Assembly (NCBI RefSeq): GCF_037042905.1
Contig: NC_087245.1
Coordinates: forward strand, 29,390,001 to 29,454,000
DNA: 64,000 bases
Reading direction: 5' to 3'
Origin: Lytechinus pictus
Taxonomy: Eukaryota
The position numbers were made by a program, and so were the translations under genes. Shown one piece after another: positions 1 to 13,682 of the stretch. Under the pieces are notes generated by a model that had not been told where the DNA came from, did no database searches, and saw only the letters and a program-made list of their open reading frames with translations. Position 1 is the stretch's first letter; each line of letters opens with the position of its first letter.

Positions 1-1450
1 TAATTGATGTGATGAGTAAAATGTTACTCTCACATTAAGAATAACCCACCAGGGCTTCGGAAAGGATTGAGCGCAATTGGCACGAGGTCTTCAAAAACAA
101 ACAACAGTTGTGACATGCGATGGCAGGTGATATGCATCATGCTAATCGTATCAATAAATATAGATATCAATCCCAGATCCGAAAAGTAGCTGGGCTTATC
201 ATCCTAATTTACAGCTTAAAATATTCGCCCTACTTTCCTCCAATTCTCTGTTCATATCTTGATTGATAGAGATTCAACATTTAGGTTTAACATAAGCACC
301 GACGCCAAAATCTAAGATCGAGATTAGTCCTCAGCGAATTGCCAGCTCAGTGATCAACACATGAAAGACCCATTGTGTTGTGCCTTTTTTTAAAGGATAT
401 TTAGATTCAATTTGAATAGAAATACACACAGGTCAGATAATTGGCTTATCAATCTTCAGACCCCCCCCCCGCTCTCCCCTTTATTATACATACTACATAC
501 ACACTCCACAACACGCACACTTCGACACAAACACGCCCTTTGTCGTGTTTCTAATGATATTTTAGAGATTTCATATTTTGATAAAAGGAATGTAAATGAA
601 TCTAAAAGAGCAGAAATCTTCATTGGTTTCATAACACGACATTCATAAAGCAATAATAGGACACACACACACAACCAGACACGCCCGGATGGAAGCTGAG
701 GTCATTTCCCCGGGAGCACTTTTCTTTTTTCAATGATGCTAGGTACAAAATTATAGTCCTTTCATTGATGTCTGCAACAGCACTTCTGTTAGCCTCGGAT
801 GACTCCATGAATAATTTCAAGATTTCATCAAGGTCACAGGTGTCTAATCTACGATGTATCTTCATTTAAAGGAAACACTCACCCTTGTCAATGAAAGCAG
901 AAATAAAAATATATAAAAAGGACAGCCATGTATACAGTAGATATTGAGAGAAACTGAATGGAAAAGATACAAACTGCGAAATTTGCTCCCAACATGACCA
1001 ACGAGTACACGTCAGATAATTCGTGTGAACCATTGCCCATGTATGCTTGTTCTCTTAAAAAATATGTTTTCCCTTTTTTCTTCCTCATCTGTGTTCTTCG
1101 ATGCGAGTAATGGTAATCAATAATGAATTATCTTTTTAAATTAAAATCCATCTCATCCTATTCTCCATTATTTCTTTCCCATGTCTTTATTTCGATCTCT
1201 CTCCTTCTCCATATCTCTATATCTCCCTTTCTGTCACCCTTCGACCCCTCTCTCTCCGTACCGTTCAACTTTATCGTAGATTTAATGGTTGATAAACATT
1301 TTCATATCTAAGAAAGAAAAAACTTTTTTTTCTTTCAAGATAACGCCGCTTATTCGTGAAACGATATACCGGAAACAACTGTTAAACGATGAGTTTATTT
1401 GGAAGGGAACCCTCTTTTTCTCTTTATCTCTCTCTTCCTCTTTCTTTATC

Positions 1451-1483
<33 letters not shown>

Positions 1484-2188
1484 GCTGTTCTTCTTTCGAT
1501 TCAGGTGTCAAACAAATCAATTATTCTTCAACAAAGAGTATATTTACGAAGCAGAAGGTAATAAAAGCCATTGAAAATATGATAATATTTTGCAAATTAT
1601 ATGTTATTATGAACAGTAAAGAAATGTAGGTTGTCGGTCTTGTTGAGTCTGTCTTATTGATCGTTAATGATGCGTTTGCTTTCGCTGATGAATTGGAAAG
1701 TGTTGCCAATCATCAGGTCTCAAAATAATGCTAGCATTACATACGATGTGTGCTGTATACAAACATTATGTTATTCAACTTTCGTTTTGATTATTATTTA
1801 CTTAAGTCTATACTCCAAGTGTTAACAGATATAAAAGGTTTAAGTTTCAATCTCAGAGTCTCTTCATATCGCCCTCTTTGAAAAGAGAAGTAAAAGAGGA
1901 ATTGGCATGTCTGGAAGTCATGCAATGAGTCATGAATGTTTCGGAAACTTTTCTTTAAAATTGGTCATTAATGTTGCGAGACGAAACAACAAATTTTATG
2001 TTAAACACTCCGTATAAAATGTTATTCCTTTTACTATAAACATCGATATTTTTCCTTCATCTAGCATGTCTAGACCAATATTCATCTACCTTTGTACATT
2101 ATTGTTCAGTGATAGCGTGGAATCTTGACTCGACTGATTACTAGTTCTCCCAAAGAGTGTATTAGTTTTGTTTTCTACACTCCAGATC

Positions 2189-2322
2189 GGAGTGTTTCAT
2201 GAAGCATCTTGTTAGAGATTTTCACTGGAAATATATTCTGAGCCAATCAGATGCAAGTATTTCAGTAGCTCATAACAACAGTAAATGAACACCACTGGCT
2301 ATTTTGTTTCGTGAAACGCTCC
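2189..2322. mobile_element. Short MITE-like element (Harbinger-like)
   Basis: Imperfect terminal inverted repeats GGAGTGTTTCATGAA / TTCGTGAAACGCTCC; internal AGCCAATCAG; no ORF. Confidence 0.55.
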
Positions 2323-4832
2323 TTCGCGGTGATAGATCAGATCCATTGCCATATCGGAATCTTAACCAGGAATGAATCTCTTGAATAATTCTCTCTGCTA
2401 ATACTATACTATTACCTCCCACTCTCCTTCACTGTGTTCTGTCTAATTCTTACTTCTAAATTTTCAAACATTTAATTTTATTTTCTTTTAATGTTTTTTT
2501 CTCGTATCAGCCCAACCCTTCCCACTTCATATCTAACTCTCCCCCCCTCCCTCTCCCCCCGCCTCTGTATCATTGTTTCTCTCTCTCTTTCTCTCTCTTT
2601 CAATCTCACTCACTTTAACATCGTCACACGACTTCTCCAGTCATTAGTGACAGGAGGTCATTAGGGAAATTCTTTGGGGGTGGAAAATTTGAGACCCTAC
2701 ACAATTTGCAATCTCACTCACTCACTCAGAGTACTTTGAGTTAACTGCTAGAACAACATCCAAGTGATGATAACCAGAATTAGCTAGATCCGGAGCTGCA
2801 TCACTGGAAGTGCATCCCCTCAAAACAATACCATCTTTTTTTTTACCCTTCTTCGTTTCAGCGCGCTCCCGCCAGGTAGAATCGGCTTTATCCCAAGCTT
2901 AGATTCTGGATGTTGAAAGATTGTTACAAAGTTACTCAATGAATAATTTGATTAAGTTTGTAAAAAAGCAAGATCATTGAATTCTAAAGACTAATAATCC
3001 CGTGTACATATAAAACTGTTTTAAAACAGCAGTCACTAATCAGAAAACATAAATAACTTCATATGACATCTACATGATACATTCAACGCAAAGCTTATTT
3101 TGTATTTACTTCACTTCTGTATTACTACTACTATTACCACTCCTTCTGTTTCTCCTTTCCTTAATTTCATGATAATGATAATAATATTAATGATATTACG
3201 AATAATAATAATATAAAAATAAAGATGATTATAATGGAAATCAAAATATTAATAATAATAATGATGGTGATAGTAATAATAATAATGACGACGATAAAAC
3301 AACAATTGATAGCATGGATAGCATTACGAACACTTGTGTATACGCTTTCCGTTTTTCATGCTGATTCGTGAGATTCGCTGTGAGTGCCGAGCCAGGAATC
3401 TGGAGACTTTTTTAATGTCAATCGTTTTCATTGTCTTTTTTTTTTATATGTACTCAACTAGATTTATGCTCAAGTTGCCATCCTGCTGTACTTGTTTTTT
3501 TTTTATTTACACTATTCATACGAATATTTCAATAGGAGGCTGCACTCTACAAGCTCTGCTTTTTAGCAGTCTCCTCCATTCCCAACATGTTTGTACGATT
3601 ATCTTGATTATAATTTACATAGAAGTTGTCTTTGTCATCATATCAAGATGTATGGAATATAATATATTCGAAATGTTGGAAATGGAAATAAACAAAATGA
3701 AATAACATGGAACAATAATAATGCAACTTATCAAGCTCTCGTTCATGTCGTTTCATCTATATAATTTATAAAGTGTGATCATGTACTATTATGTCTTTAT
3801 GCAAAAAAATAAGATTATTTAGATGTCTATTTATATCAAAGTAAATGCAACACCTAATTCAATTCGAAATATATAGTTTTATAGACGAAATCCCCTGCCG
3901 CACACATGTAAATGGCTTTAAGGATGCCCTTTTTCCAAATTTATTTAATGATTGATTTTGATCTATATTCCAAAAAGAGAGCAGACAGGAGGTATGGAAA
4001 TATTTTACCCTCACATCAAGATCCTCACATCATACACGGCGATAAGAAATTTATAAAGTTACCCTGTTCCCAAACCCACGCAACGATTAATAACCCATAA
4101 GGCAAGATGTTCCGTACATGTGCCTGAAGACATCATTTCCTCAGCGTATCTAAAATGTAGAGAAAAGTGATTTACCGTTTTCGCCATGAGGGGATAGTTA
4201 ACTTTTAAAGCCGCGCCGAGTATCAGAAGAAATACATAGATACACGTAGACGTTCATGTCAACATCAATCTTTTAAGGGGAAATGTCATTCAAATACCAT
4301 TAAGCAGCTCAAAATAGTCAAATACGTATATATACTGTAGGTGTCCAAATAACATAAATGCAGGATCAAAACTAAAGTTCCCTAAAGATTGCATTGATTT
4401 TTCTTGGCAAAATGAAGCAACACATTAACAATTCAACAAATTGACTCCCCAAAATCAGATACCGACCCAACCTGCAACCCAAGTGGAAATGATATCAAGT
4501 ACAGGACATGTAACAGGAAAGCGTTTAAGTTATCTTAAAAGTATTTAGACGAATGAAGCGATTGAAATGTAGTCTGGCGGATGACAGTTCTCATTAGTAT
4601 ATTGCCGTACTGTATCAACGTAAATTGTATCTTTTAAATGCGAAGCGTACATTATATACGTTTTTAAAATGTCATGTCAATGGTGAAATAAAACCTGCTT
4701 ACTCAGATGCCAGATAAGTTTGATAGAGAGAATCCACCCATGTCGCCTCAACATTCGAATGATATGTAATGTCATGCGTGACGTACAGTATATAGGCTCA
4801 AGAACCCCCTCCCCTTCATGCCCTCCCTCCAC

Positions 4833-4868
<36 letters not shown>

Positions 4869-7168
4869 CGAAATTCAATATTCTGTTAAAACCGAAAAAT
4901 GTATTAATTAGAAATCGAGCACAAACATTTAGGAATTGATAGCTTTCAAAATCTAACGGTATAAGCATTGACATGATATGAGCAACAACGACCTATTATG
5001 GAAGCCTAGCCTGGGAGGAAGAATACTTTGGCCATCACTGCAGGTGTTGAGGTGTACGACCTAGAAGATGGACTAATTGTTCCCATGGAAACGAAGCAAA
5101 ATCTCGTACGTGAGCGGACTTTACATTCTTTAGGCCAGTAATCATCGTTTTAATGTCCACCATTATGGTCATTATACAAAATATATATCGAAAGCACCAT
5201 AATTATCCTCCGTGCCTATTATTTTATTAAAGAAAAAATGTATTTATATATAACATCACTTGAATCAAAACCTGGTGATGTCAATCGAAGTAAACGCCTC
5301 TATCATGTTTGGTGGTGGGACTGGTTTGAACATCAGCCTAACCTTAAAGACAGCTGTTAACACTAAACTTAAAATCACCCGTTGTATATCTTTGTTAGAT
5401 GTAAACATATCGAATCATGAGCATGCGCAATGTCGTCGTGCAAGGATGCGAGGTGGAGGGCACAACGCGTTGTTCAAATTTCAAGAGTTTCAAGACTTAG
5501 TCTTGGGATGAAGGTTGAAATGACGAGGCCAATTTAAATTGTTTGTTCCTCATCACTTTGGACGTGCGTATGATGAGATGCATTGATTCCCTAGAAAGGT
5601 AAGATTTTATGGGATAAAGCACACTAGTCCTTGTTGAAATATCGCCCTTCTACACGGGGTTACCTCTTGAAATCCTGCGATAAAAACCGCCTAATGCGCA
5701 CATGTCGAACCTCACAGCGAGGTATGATCAGTTAATGCCTTTACTCGTCCCCGCACTTGCAGGCGGCGAAAACTACTCTAGATCCGGTAGTAAAAATCGA
5801 AAAGTCACGTATGACTGGATATGATCGCAGTTAATGCCATGAAAGATTCCATGTTTGTATCACATGGCAAATCTACCATCGCTAAGCCTGCGGCACGATG
5901 CAATTCATTTCTCTGAGACAGCAAAGGATGATGATATCAGATATTGAAAAGTAACACCCATCGACTGTCAAACTGGCCTCTGTAATGATGTTTATCATAC
6001 TTTCCAGCGTTCAATTATATTCATCTCTGCGATGCATGATATCTGTTTATGAGGCCGCGACATTCGTTATTTTAATTGCTGTTTCCCCAGGGAATGTATT
6101 TCGTGAACTTATACCGTAGGAATGGGGACATGTTTCCATAGATCTTTGCAAAGTACTACGGAATGCCAGGTGAATTGGGTCAAGTTTTGAGGAATATAAC
6201 TATAGGAACATGATAAAGTCTTTCACAGGAATGGACTTAAGGCTTTCATGATAAAAAACAAGTTAATATACCTAGTTATTTGTTTGAGATCCTCAGTAAT
6301 AAATGATTCTAATCACTCTTTAATGTGATTTTGAAGACGTACAATCAGATAAATTTGTGGTAATATCGAAATAATGATCATCATATTTTCAAAGGAAGCC
6401 TACATCGGGATTACTTCAAATTTTCAGGATAGGGTTGATTCGTTTACTTTCTAGTTTAATTTAAATTCAATGTTGATCATGATGACGTTTGCAAATGATT
6501 CTTTTTTTTAAATATGTTACTTACAATCTCACGTAGGACTTTTGAATTACCCATATTTTAAATAAAAATTGCTTTCCTTGATAAGATATTATCTGCTATT
6601 AATGCAGATTGGGATCTGTATATGGGGGCCCTAATGTAGTGTTTTAACGGTTCATCTATAGCTTTATGAGTTGCAAGTTCGATAGATACAATATAGATGT
6701 ACTTTCAAAAGAAATGAACGGAATGAAAAGGGACATTTATTGAAATCAGGGGTTCCGACCTAAAGCCATGGAAGCTGTGATTTTCTTTCTGTATATATTT
6801 TGGCTCAACACAATAGCGACTCAAACCAAGAACTTCGACACTTACTTCTGTCCCTCTCACTCCGCTTCCCTCTCATCACTCTCCCTTCTCGCCCCTCCCC
6901 ATTTACGATCTTTCTACCCCTCCCTCTCTCTCCATCTCTCTTACTCCTATACATTTAACCCTGCCTGTAAGATTTAGGGATCGAAAAATCAATTGGGGTG
7001 TACTTCATTATTTATTCATTCACTTCTTCACTTAATCTTTGCCTCAAGATGGCAGATGATTTTAAAAGTCATCTCATTTTAATCTCGTTGCTTTATTTCT
7101 GAATTGTAATGCTCATGAAGACTGTGCAGTAATAACTTTTATTTTTTTATTTTTGCTTATGTGAATAT

Positions 7169-7465
7169 CATTGGAAAGAATACTTTGTCCTACAATGTGC
7201 GCCACAGCTCACAGTGTGGAACACAAAGTGAAATTCCCGTCACACTGTTGAATTCAAGCTCTTCAACGGGTGAGTGTGAATTACATATTAACATAGTCGA
7301 CCATGTGAACACGCTGTCAACAGTCACATTGTCGAGGTGTTAACAGTGTGAAAATATCTTCGCACTGTTAAGTCTGAACATGTTAACATTGTGAATAATA
7401 TGTTCACATAGTCCTCTATGTGAACACACTTTGATTATACGGTGTAACATTGCGTTCTTTCAAGG
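7169..7465 (+). mobile_element. Decayed copy of the CCC-ended 'cacagtgtg'-rich MITE family (see 42770-43113)
   Basis: Shares CACAGTGTGGAACACA, CATAGTCGACCATGTGAAC, CAGTGTGAAAATATCTTC and GCGTTCTTTC with 42770-43113; ends TGGAAAGAA / TTCTTTCAA are inverted. Confidence 0.75.
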
Positions 7466-9774
7466 ACACCTCACGCCGCATGAAACAAAGAAAGAGGTTT
7501 ACCCATGGGTTTAAAGTGGTAACCTGTATTGTGGTATAGAAATGCCGAATCCAGTGTAGATTTATGTAATCATATTATAAGATTTACCTACAAAGACACT
7601 CTTTAGTCCTGCTCTATGTTTTACCCAACAACATACATGTTCTCATTTTACCAAAGACGTATGTATTACTGAACATTTTTCAGAGTGCAGGAACTTTCAA
7701 ACTTTTTATATATATAAATAACCTAGGTGAGTGACGCTCTGGGGAAATGGGGGAGTAAATTAGAAATTTAACATAAGAATGGAATGAGATACAGTCATTG
7801 CCCTACAAAAGAGGGACACATTATTACAAATGGTGGAAACGTGCGCCTTTTCCCAAAAGGATAATAGCGTGGGAATATATATTGTAAAGAGACGAGAAAG
7901 CTAACCAAAAAAAAATTAGCTGGCCGGGCAAAGGATAACATAAAAAATGGCCCACTCCGAATACCTTTATTCATTATTATGGCATGTATGGTGCCTAATC
8001 TGATGGTACGTCATGTTGTCATTAAATCCTCTGCATTACGCATTGCCATCGGAAATCCAATCGCTTAAAATCATTACAAACCCGGACTTTCCCTGTCAAT
8101 TAAGTGAAAATTCGAATCTAGTCACGTTCGAAATGTGACCCCTTTTCCTATGAAAATAATCTCTTAATTCGGATAAAAAATAAACGTCTTTTTGTCTCGT
8201 ATAATGAAGAGTCCGATGTCTAGTAAATGCTGATCTTATATTCAGGTCACAGCGGATCTAACATTGGATTTCATGAAGAAAGACGTTTTAGTCCTAGCCG
8301 TCGATTCATTGGCGCTCCATAAATTCTGGATTGATGATTGAAATATGCTGTTGTATATCCTTCTTTTTGTAGGGCTATTTTATAGACCTTCGACATATTT
8401 TCTATTTCCGACAACGATCACTTTCCAATATCTATATTGCTTTGTATTTTTTAAAATTGTCTTTGTTTTCCTTTCAGAGGAGAAGTCTCATTCTCTTCTG
8501 TGTCGTCATCTTGAAACAAATAATTTTATATGAATAACAAAAAAATTTATTGTATCCATTTCTAAAACATTCTTAATACAGTAATCTAACTCTCCTCATG
8601 TAATGTTTGTAATACTATTTCTTTTTAACAGGTACATGCCTGGAAAGGAATAGCCAGGCCTATACCTTTCCGTTCTCAAAATATCGATTAATAACATCAC
8701 AATTGATGAAGTTTGGTATTTTATTAATATTTCATAATCTTGATTCTCTCACTGTGTGCTGAAATAAGAATATTTATTGACTCTTTTGTGATGTACTTCT
8801 TCCTTCTTGGAATTATAGGTAAACCGAGTCAGTGTTACTGATGACAGTGTCTCTGATTAACAATTTCGCGCAAATCCAAATGCTATATATATATGAAAAG
8901 AGCATCCAGCATCATGAAAAATCAGGTAGCTGATCAGAAGCTGTATACAGGGAGGATGCCGTGCGATTGTCATTTCATCTGCAGTACCAAATGGTGGCGG
9001 ATCCTGTACTTTGTCATTGGGGGTGCCGGGGAGAAATCGATGATTTTTATTTTCATGGGGCGGTCACAAAAAGAGTTGCTTGTAGGCACGAAATTATGTA
9101 GATGTCGTCAAAGCTAAACAAAAATGAAATAAAATAAAAGCTAAGTCGGGGGGGGGCTAATTATAACCAAAAAACATAAATTCCTTCTTTTAAAAGTTGA
9201 CAAACGGGTTATCACAAATCAAGGGACCAAGTGCCTTCTCTTCCATAGTCAACACGATGGCATACGTGTATAATTCAGACTCATTACCCACCCCACCCCA
9301 CTGGTTCCCAACGTGTCAGTAAAGTTCACTTAAGGGCAGCGTTGAGCCGAGTGGTGTATACCTTAACGCGCCGAGTCGTTTTACTCATACCTCGCGGGCA
9401 AGATATGAGTATATTATTTTCTAAGCCGTTGTTCACTCCATAAAGAAACACCGATTATTCGTGTCATAATATCCGGCAAATAGCATCACCACACGAGACA
9501 ATGTCAATCAAATCGAGATTAATTGACCAATAGGCTCGTTCAATTATTTTATTTTCCTCAAGGAGTCGGGTTTACATTTTCTCGCCATTATCTGTCATGT
9601 GGCTTCATCAATAATCTGAAGTCTTCGGGCAAATTGGAATGTTACCTGCTCACTATGGGTAAATAAGATAATTATTGACCTTGCTAGGGGCTGCTATTTT
9701 AGACCAGTCAGTCATTGATGAAACTATATATACATTCATATAATATATACATATATATATATATATAAATATGT

Positions 9775-9929
9775 AGATGAGAGTCAACTCTGTATAAAGC
9801 TTGGAAGTTGTACCCTCTTGTATTTTTCAGACCGCTTCTGAAGAATTCAATAAAGTCGAAAGCTATTTTTGTATTTTCTAAAGCTAAAAAGTATGGTTCC
9901 TGCCACATCCTTTGAGTTGACCCTCATCT
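9775..9929. mobile_element. Small inverted-repeat element
   Basis: AGATGAGAGTCAACTC (9775-9790) and GAGTTGACCCTCATCT (9914-9929) form a 15/16 inverted repeat. Confidence 0.45.
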
Positions 9930-10010
9930 CAATGTTTCATACTCTCATCTCAAGAGCGTTTTGTAAACGTAAACTGAGTCCCCCCAAAAAAAAAAAAAAA
10001 AAAAAAAAAA

Positions 10011-10582
10011 ATGACACCTCACAAATCCCCAATTTAAGAAAAAAATATTTCACGAACGCATGATCATTGTATATGACTGGAAAGAGTATCTTCTCCCAAG
10101 TAATTTGATATATTTATGGGATATGTGTTAAAGCTTGGATGATCAGGAGGTATTCTTTGCAGTGATGTAAATTTTGATTAGCGCCAAAGTAAGGCATAAA
10201 TATAATGAATGAACCCCAGATGCCAATCATGTCATAATCCCACATTAATTAGTAATCATATTGCACATCCCCTTTCAATTAAATTAACTTGAGAATTGAT
10301 ACTTAAAATTGTTTACTGAACAATTATAATGTAAATTATCAATTTTGTAGGATTATGGCATCATTGACGTCTGAATTCATTCATTGCAGTCGCGCCTTAC
10401 TTTGGCGCAAATCAAAATTTACATCACTGCAAAGAATACTTTGCAGTGATACTTCTTCCAAGCGTTAACACATACTACATAAATATGTAACTAAATTATT
10501 TTGGAGAAGATAATCTTTCCAGTCATATATAATGATTATGCGTTCATGACATATTTTTTAATGGGGATTTTTGAGGTGTCAT
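10011..10582. mobile_element. Foldback (long imperfect palindrome) non-autonomous DNA transposon
   Basis: Arms of ~230 bp are reverse complements: ATGACACCTC/GAGGTGTCAT, TATATGACTGGAAAGA/TCTTTCCAGTCATATA, TTTGCAGTGATGTAAATTTTGATT/AATCAAAATTTACATCACTGCAAA, GCGCCAAAGTAAGGC/GCCTTACTTTGGCGC. Confidence 0.85.
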
Positions 10583-11198
10583 CTTTATATTTTCTCACAT
10601 GGTATAAATACATATATATATATATATATATAATCTATATAACAATAATAATAACGATAATATTATTAATAACAATAAAAATAATTGGTTGCCACGTTTC
10701 TTCACATGTCTCAATGTAATGTCGTTAGGAAGGGTAATCATCTTTTGCCCAAACAGTCTAAATTTGACACTCTCCACTCAGGTGTGAAATGGATGCCGTA
10801 AAACTGAAATAACCTATAGCATATACTTATCTGAATCACATTGTCTCATTGGTAAAAGCCAGAATATCATAATTCAGATACAAAACAAAAAGGAACCGGC
10901 TATGAAGATCGTCCGTGTGAACAAAATTATTTTGTCAACAGCAAAATCAGAATTATTATAATAAAGCTTAGTGACAATGATCAAAGCATAGAGAAAATAT
11001 TGAGGAGAATGCACTCTATTCTAGAGTTTTCTCAAAAAGGTATTTCGGAAGTTTGGTGACCTTACTGGAGCCGTCAGATGTCTGCGGCCACGATCTCGCA
11101 ATTTCACGTCGTCGCCGTTAATCGTGCGACGATACACCTGTATAGGATCACACTCTTCGTCTGTAACAAAAGCGTCTCCTAAGATGAAGATAAGTAGC

Positions 11199-11359
11199 AG
11201 CCAATCATGTTGTCATGGTAACATCCAGGCGAGGATTAAACTCGGATCCCGATCTCAATATCATGAGTTTGGGACATTGACATTTCATTACCATTAGGAT
11301 CATCCCCGCTGGCGCACACTTCAGCTCATTAATCCTTTAAGAATAAAAATCATGGATTA
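11199..11359. promoter_or_regulatory. Candidate cis-regulatory module (CCAAT + RFX X-box + three Otx/Pitx-type sites)
   Basis: AGCCAATCA 11199-11207; GTTGTCATGGTAAC 11209-11222; GGATTA 11233, TAATCC 11330, GGATTA 11354. Motif matches only. Confidence 0.4.
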
Positions 11360-11719
11360 CGGGGATACAGCCTTAAGTCGCACTGCGAGGTGTCCTCTCT
11401 TTGCTTGATCTTTCTTTTTCACCACTCTATGTAGTGCTTATTAGGAATATTAGATAAAATGTCAATATATCAGTGTATCATCCGTAAATCTGAATAGGAA
11501 GCCAGCCAAAGCAATCAACGATTTTGCCATGATTCCGAAAGCTCACCATTGTAAAAGGATTCAATGTAAAAAAAAAAAATTTAGAATAAATAAAGATAGA
11601 AAGTAACAAGATATGAACAGTAAATGCACAATCTGACTTCAGTTAGAACTATCCAATGTAATTTAGAAAGTGCAAAGAAGCTTCCATAAAATAGTGATGA
11701 TGATGATGACAACGGCGAT

Positions 11720-11893
11720 GATGCAATAATAAGAGACCTTTTATATTTTTGCTTGTCAAATTTTTTTTTGGTAAGAAATCCTTTATTTGTGGTTGAAGAC
11801 CTTTTTTTTTGTTTTTGCTTGTCATTTTTTTCGCGGACGAAATATCCTCCAAAAAATTTCCCCCCCTTCTGGAAAATCCTAGGTACGCCAGCG
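11720..11893 (-). mobile_element. End fragment of a G-string (hAT-like) MITE
   Basis: Minus strand begins CGCTGGCGTACCTAGGATTTTCCAGAAGGGGGG, then two copies of a GACAAGCAAAAA...AAAAGGTCT subterminal repeat. Confidence 0.55.
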
Positions 11894-12239
11894 ACCTCAA
11901 CCGTGAATGAAGGCGTGTATTGCATGCATTTTTGAAAAGAAAAGAACTCTCTTTAAGGTCTTAAGTGAACACTCAAATCTATCAAAAAGGGATGTTGGAA
12001 TAAGTGGACCAACGGTGGGCTAGTCCCCACCTACCCTCATCCCCTTCCACATGATTTTCCAAGTAGTGCAAAGAGAAAGGGATGAGAAGAAAGGGGTGAA
12101 AAGAAGAAATAAATAAATAAGAAGGATATTAAAGAAATGGGATTTACATTGACTTAATTAGTCTACACGCAATGATATATAGGTCTACATTTCACAGATA
12201 TAGTCTAATAGTACATGGGGCAATTCGGTCTACTATCAA

Positions 12240-12440
12240 CACTATAAAAACTCTGAGTAAAATTTTAATCAACATTGGGTAGAAAGGGAACAATGCATGT
12301 TTGCTGTGTATTTATTTTATCCCATATTGTGCTTTTTCAACACAACATTTCGTAAAATTTACAAAATATAGGATATCTTTTTACCCAACCAACATGCATA
12401 TTTCCATTTTACCCAATATTGGGTAAACCTTTTTTTAGAG
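12240..12440 (+). mobile_element. Decayed copy of CACT-ended MITE family (see 27485-27707)
   Basis: Shares ATTGGGTAGAAAGGGA, TGCATGTTTGCTG, CGTAAAATTTACAAA, CCATTTTACCCAATATT and CCTTTTTTTAGAG with 27485-27707. Confidence 0.75.
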
Positions 12441-12770
12441 GAAATGTAGTTTGTTCTACACTACATCTTGGGCCAATACCTACTAGATCAAATTCACATT
12501 TAGCCTAATGCCCGTTTGTCTAATTTCCACATCGGCTGCTGATATTCCCTTAGAACCCGAGGGGTTGTCAAAAAAAATTGGTTCATAAACAGTTTCATCT
12601 ATAAATCATAAAGTAATGTGAACATTACAATAAATGGGTGGAATATTGCTTGAAATTGAATAAAATTGGGAGCGGACAAACTGGCAAATAGACGAAGTGG
12701 TTAAAATTCGAATTGGGTGTAGCGGATTAGACAATTGGGACCTTTCGCAATCCTCACGGACGCTAATATT

Positions 12771-12913
12771 AGGGTCCCCTAACACAAAAGTTAACGCTTA
12801 ATCATACACTTGATTTTTAAGATTGAATGTGCATTATAGTCAATAGAATCAAACGTAGAAAACTGCTCTACAATCAATGCTAAACTTTGTGTTACAGGGG
12901 GGTTACAGGCCCT
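12771..12913. mobile_element. Harbinger-like MITE (TAACACAAAG TIR family)
   Basis: AGGGTCCCCTAACACAAAAG ... CTTTGTGTTACAGG(GGGGTTACAGG)CCCT inverted ends; relative at 37264-37443. Confidence 0.65.
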
Positions 12914-13381
12914 ACAGATCTGCTTTTCGTGTGCAAAATCCTTTTCTGCGACACTCGCACCATACATAGCATGTATATTACGACTGATGGTTTGAGATAT
13001 TCGAAATGAAGACCTAAAATAGATTATGACATGGATAAGAAAGTGGTTTTTCAAACAAATCGAGTACATATTGAGTGAGGAAAAACTTACTGAATGAAGG
13101 CTTAGATATAGATCATTACAGTCCATCGAATCGATATTACATTTAATGTGGATTATTGGTGTATCACTGGCAATTGATTTCATGGGTCAGATCAACATCT
13201 CCAGCCGAACATTTCGCGTGAGTTGATATGTGCACACCATTATGTAATACATTTGAACTCGTTTCTTTTTGTTTCTTTTGTTTCTTTTGTTTATTCCTTC
13301 TACACAAACGATATGCCTCTCGCACACGATGTAATGGGCATTATGTTTTACTTCCCCCAGAAATGGGGATTAGATTCAAAT

Positions 13382-13682
13382 TCCGGGGGGACCACTTCCA
13401 TTAATGAGTGGATACCAGGCACGACCATGGGGTTTCGAAAAATACCCTAAACAAGCTGGGAAGTAATTCTTTTCCAGATTATGAAAATGCATCTCTTAAC
13501 AAGAATTTGGCTTGTGAAACCCTACAAGTATTGGATATCCCTTTTTTGTCAGCATTTTAAACATCGTTTTGACACCCTTATAACGTAACATAGGCCTATA
13601 CGTAACGTACCTGCCCACTCTGTCCCCTTTTACGCGTGGTCGCTCCTGGGATCCACTAATCAATGTAAGTGGGCCCCCCGGG
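13382..13682. mobile_element. CCGGGGGG-ended MITE with ~45-bp TIRs
   Basis: Left end CCGGGGGGACCACTTCCATTAATGAGTGGATACCAGGCACGACCA; reverse complement of right end CCGGGGGGCCCACTTACATTGATTAGTGGATCCCAGGAGCGACCA. Confidence 0.85.

Noticed and set aside
4100..4122. miR-31-like sequence AGGCAAGATGTT
   Set aside because: Only the first 12 nt match; the 3' half diverges and no precursor hairpin is evident.
8246..8925. Run of + strand splice acceptors suggesting small exons
   Set aside because: Donors are weak and no coherent reading frame results; such sites are common in AT-rich DNA.
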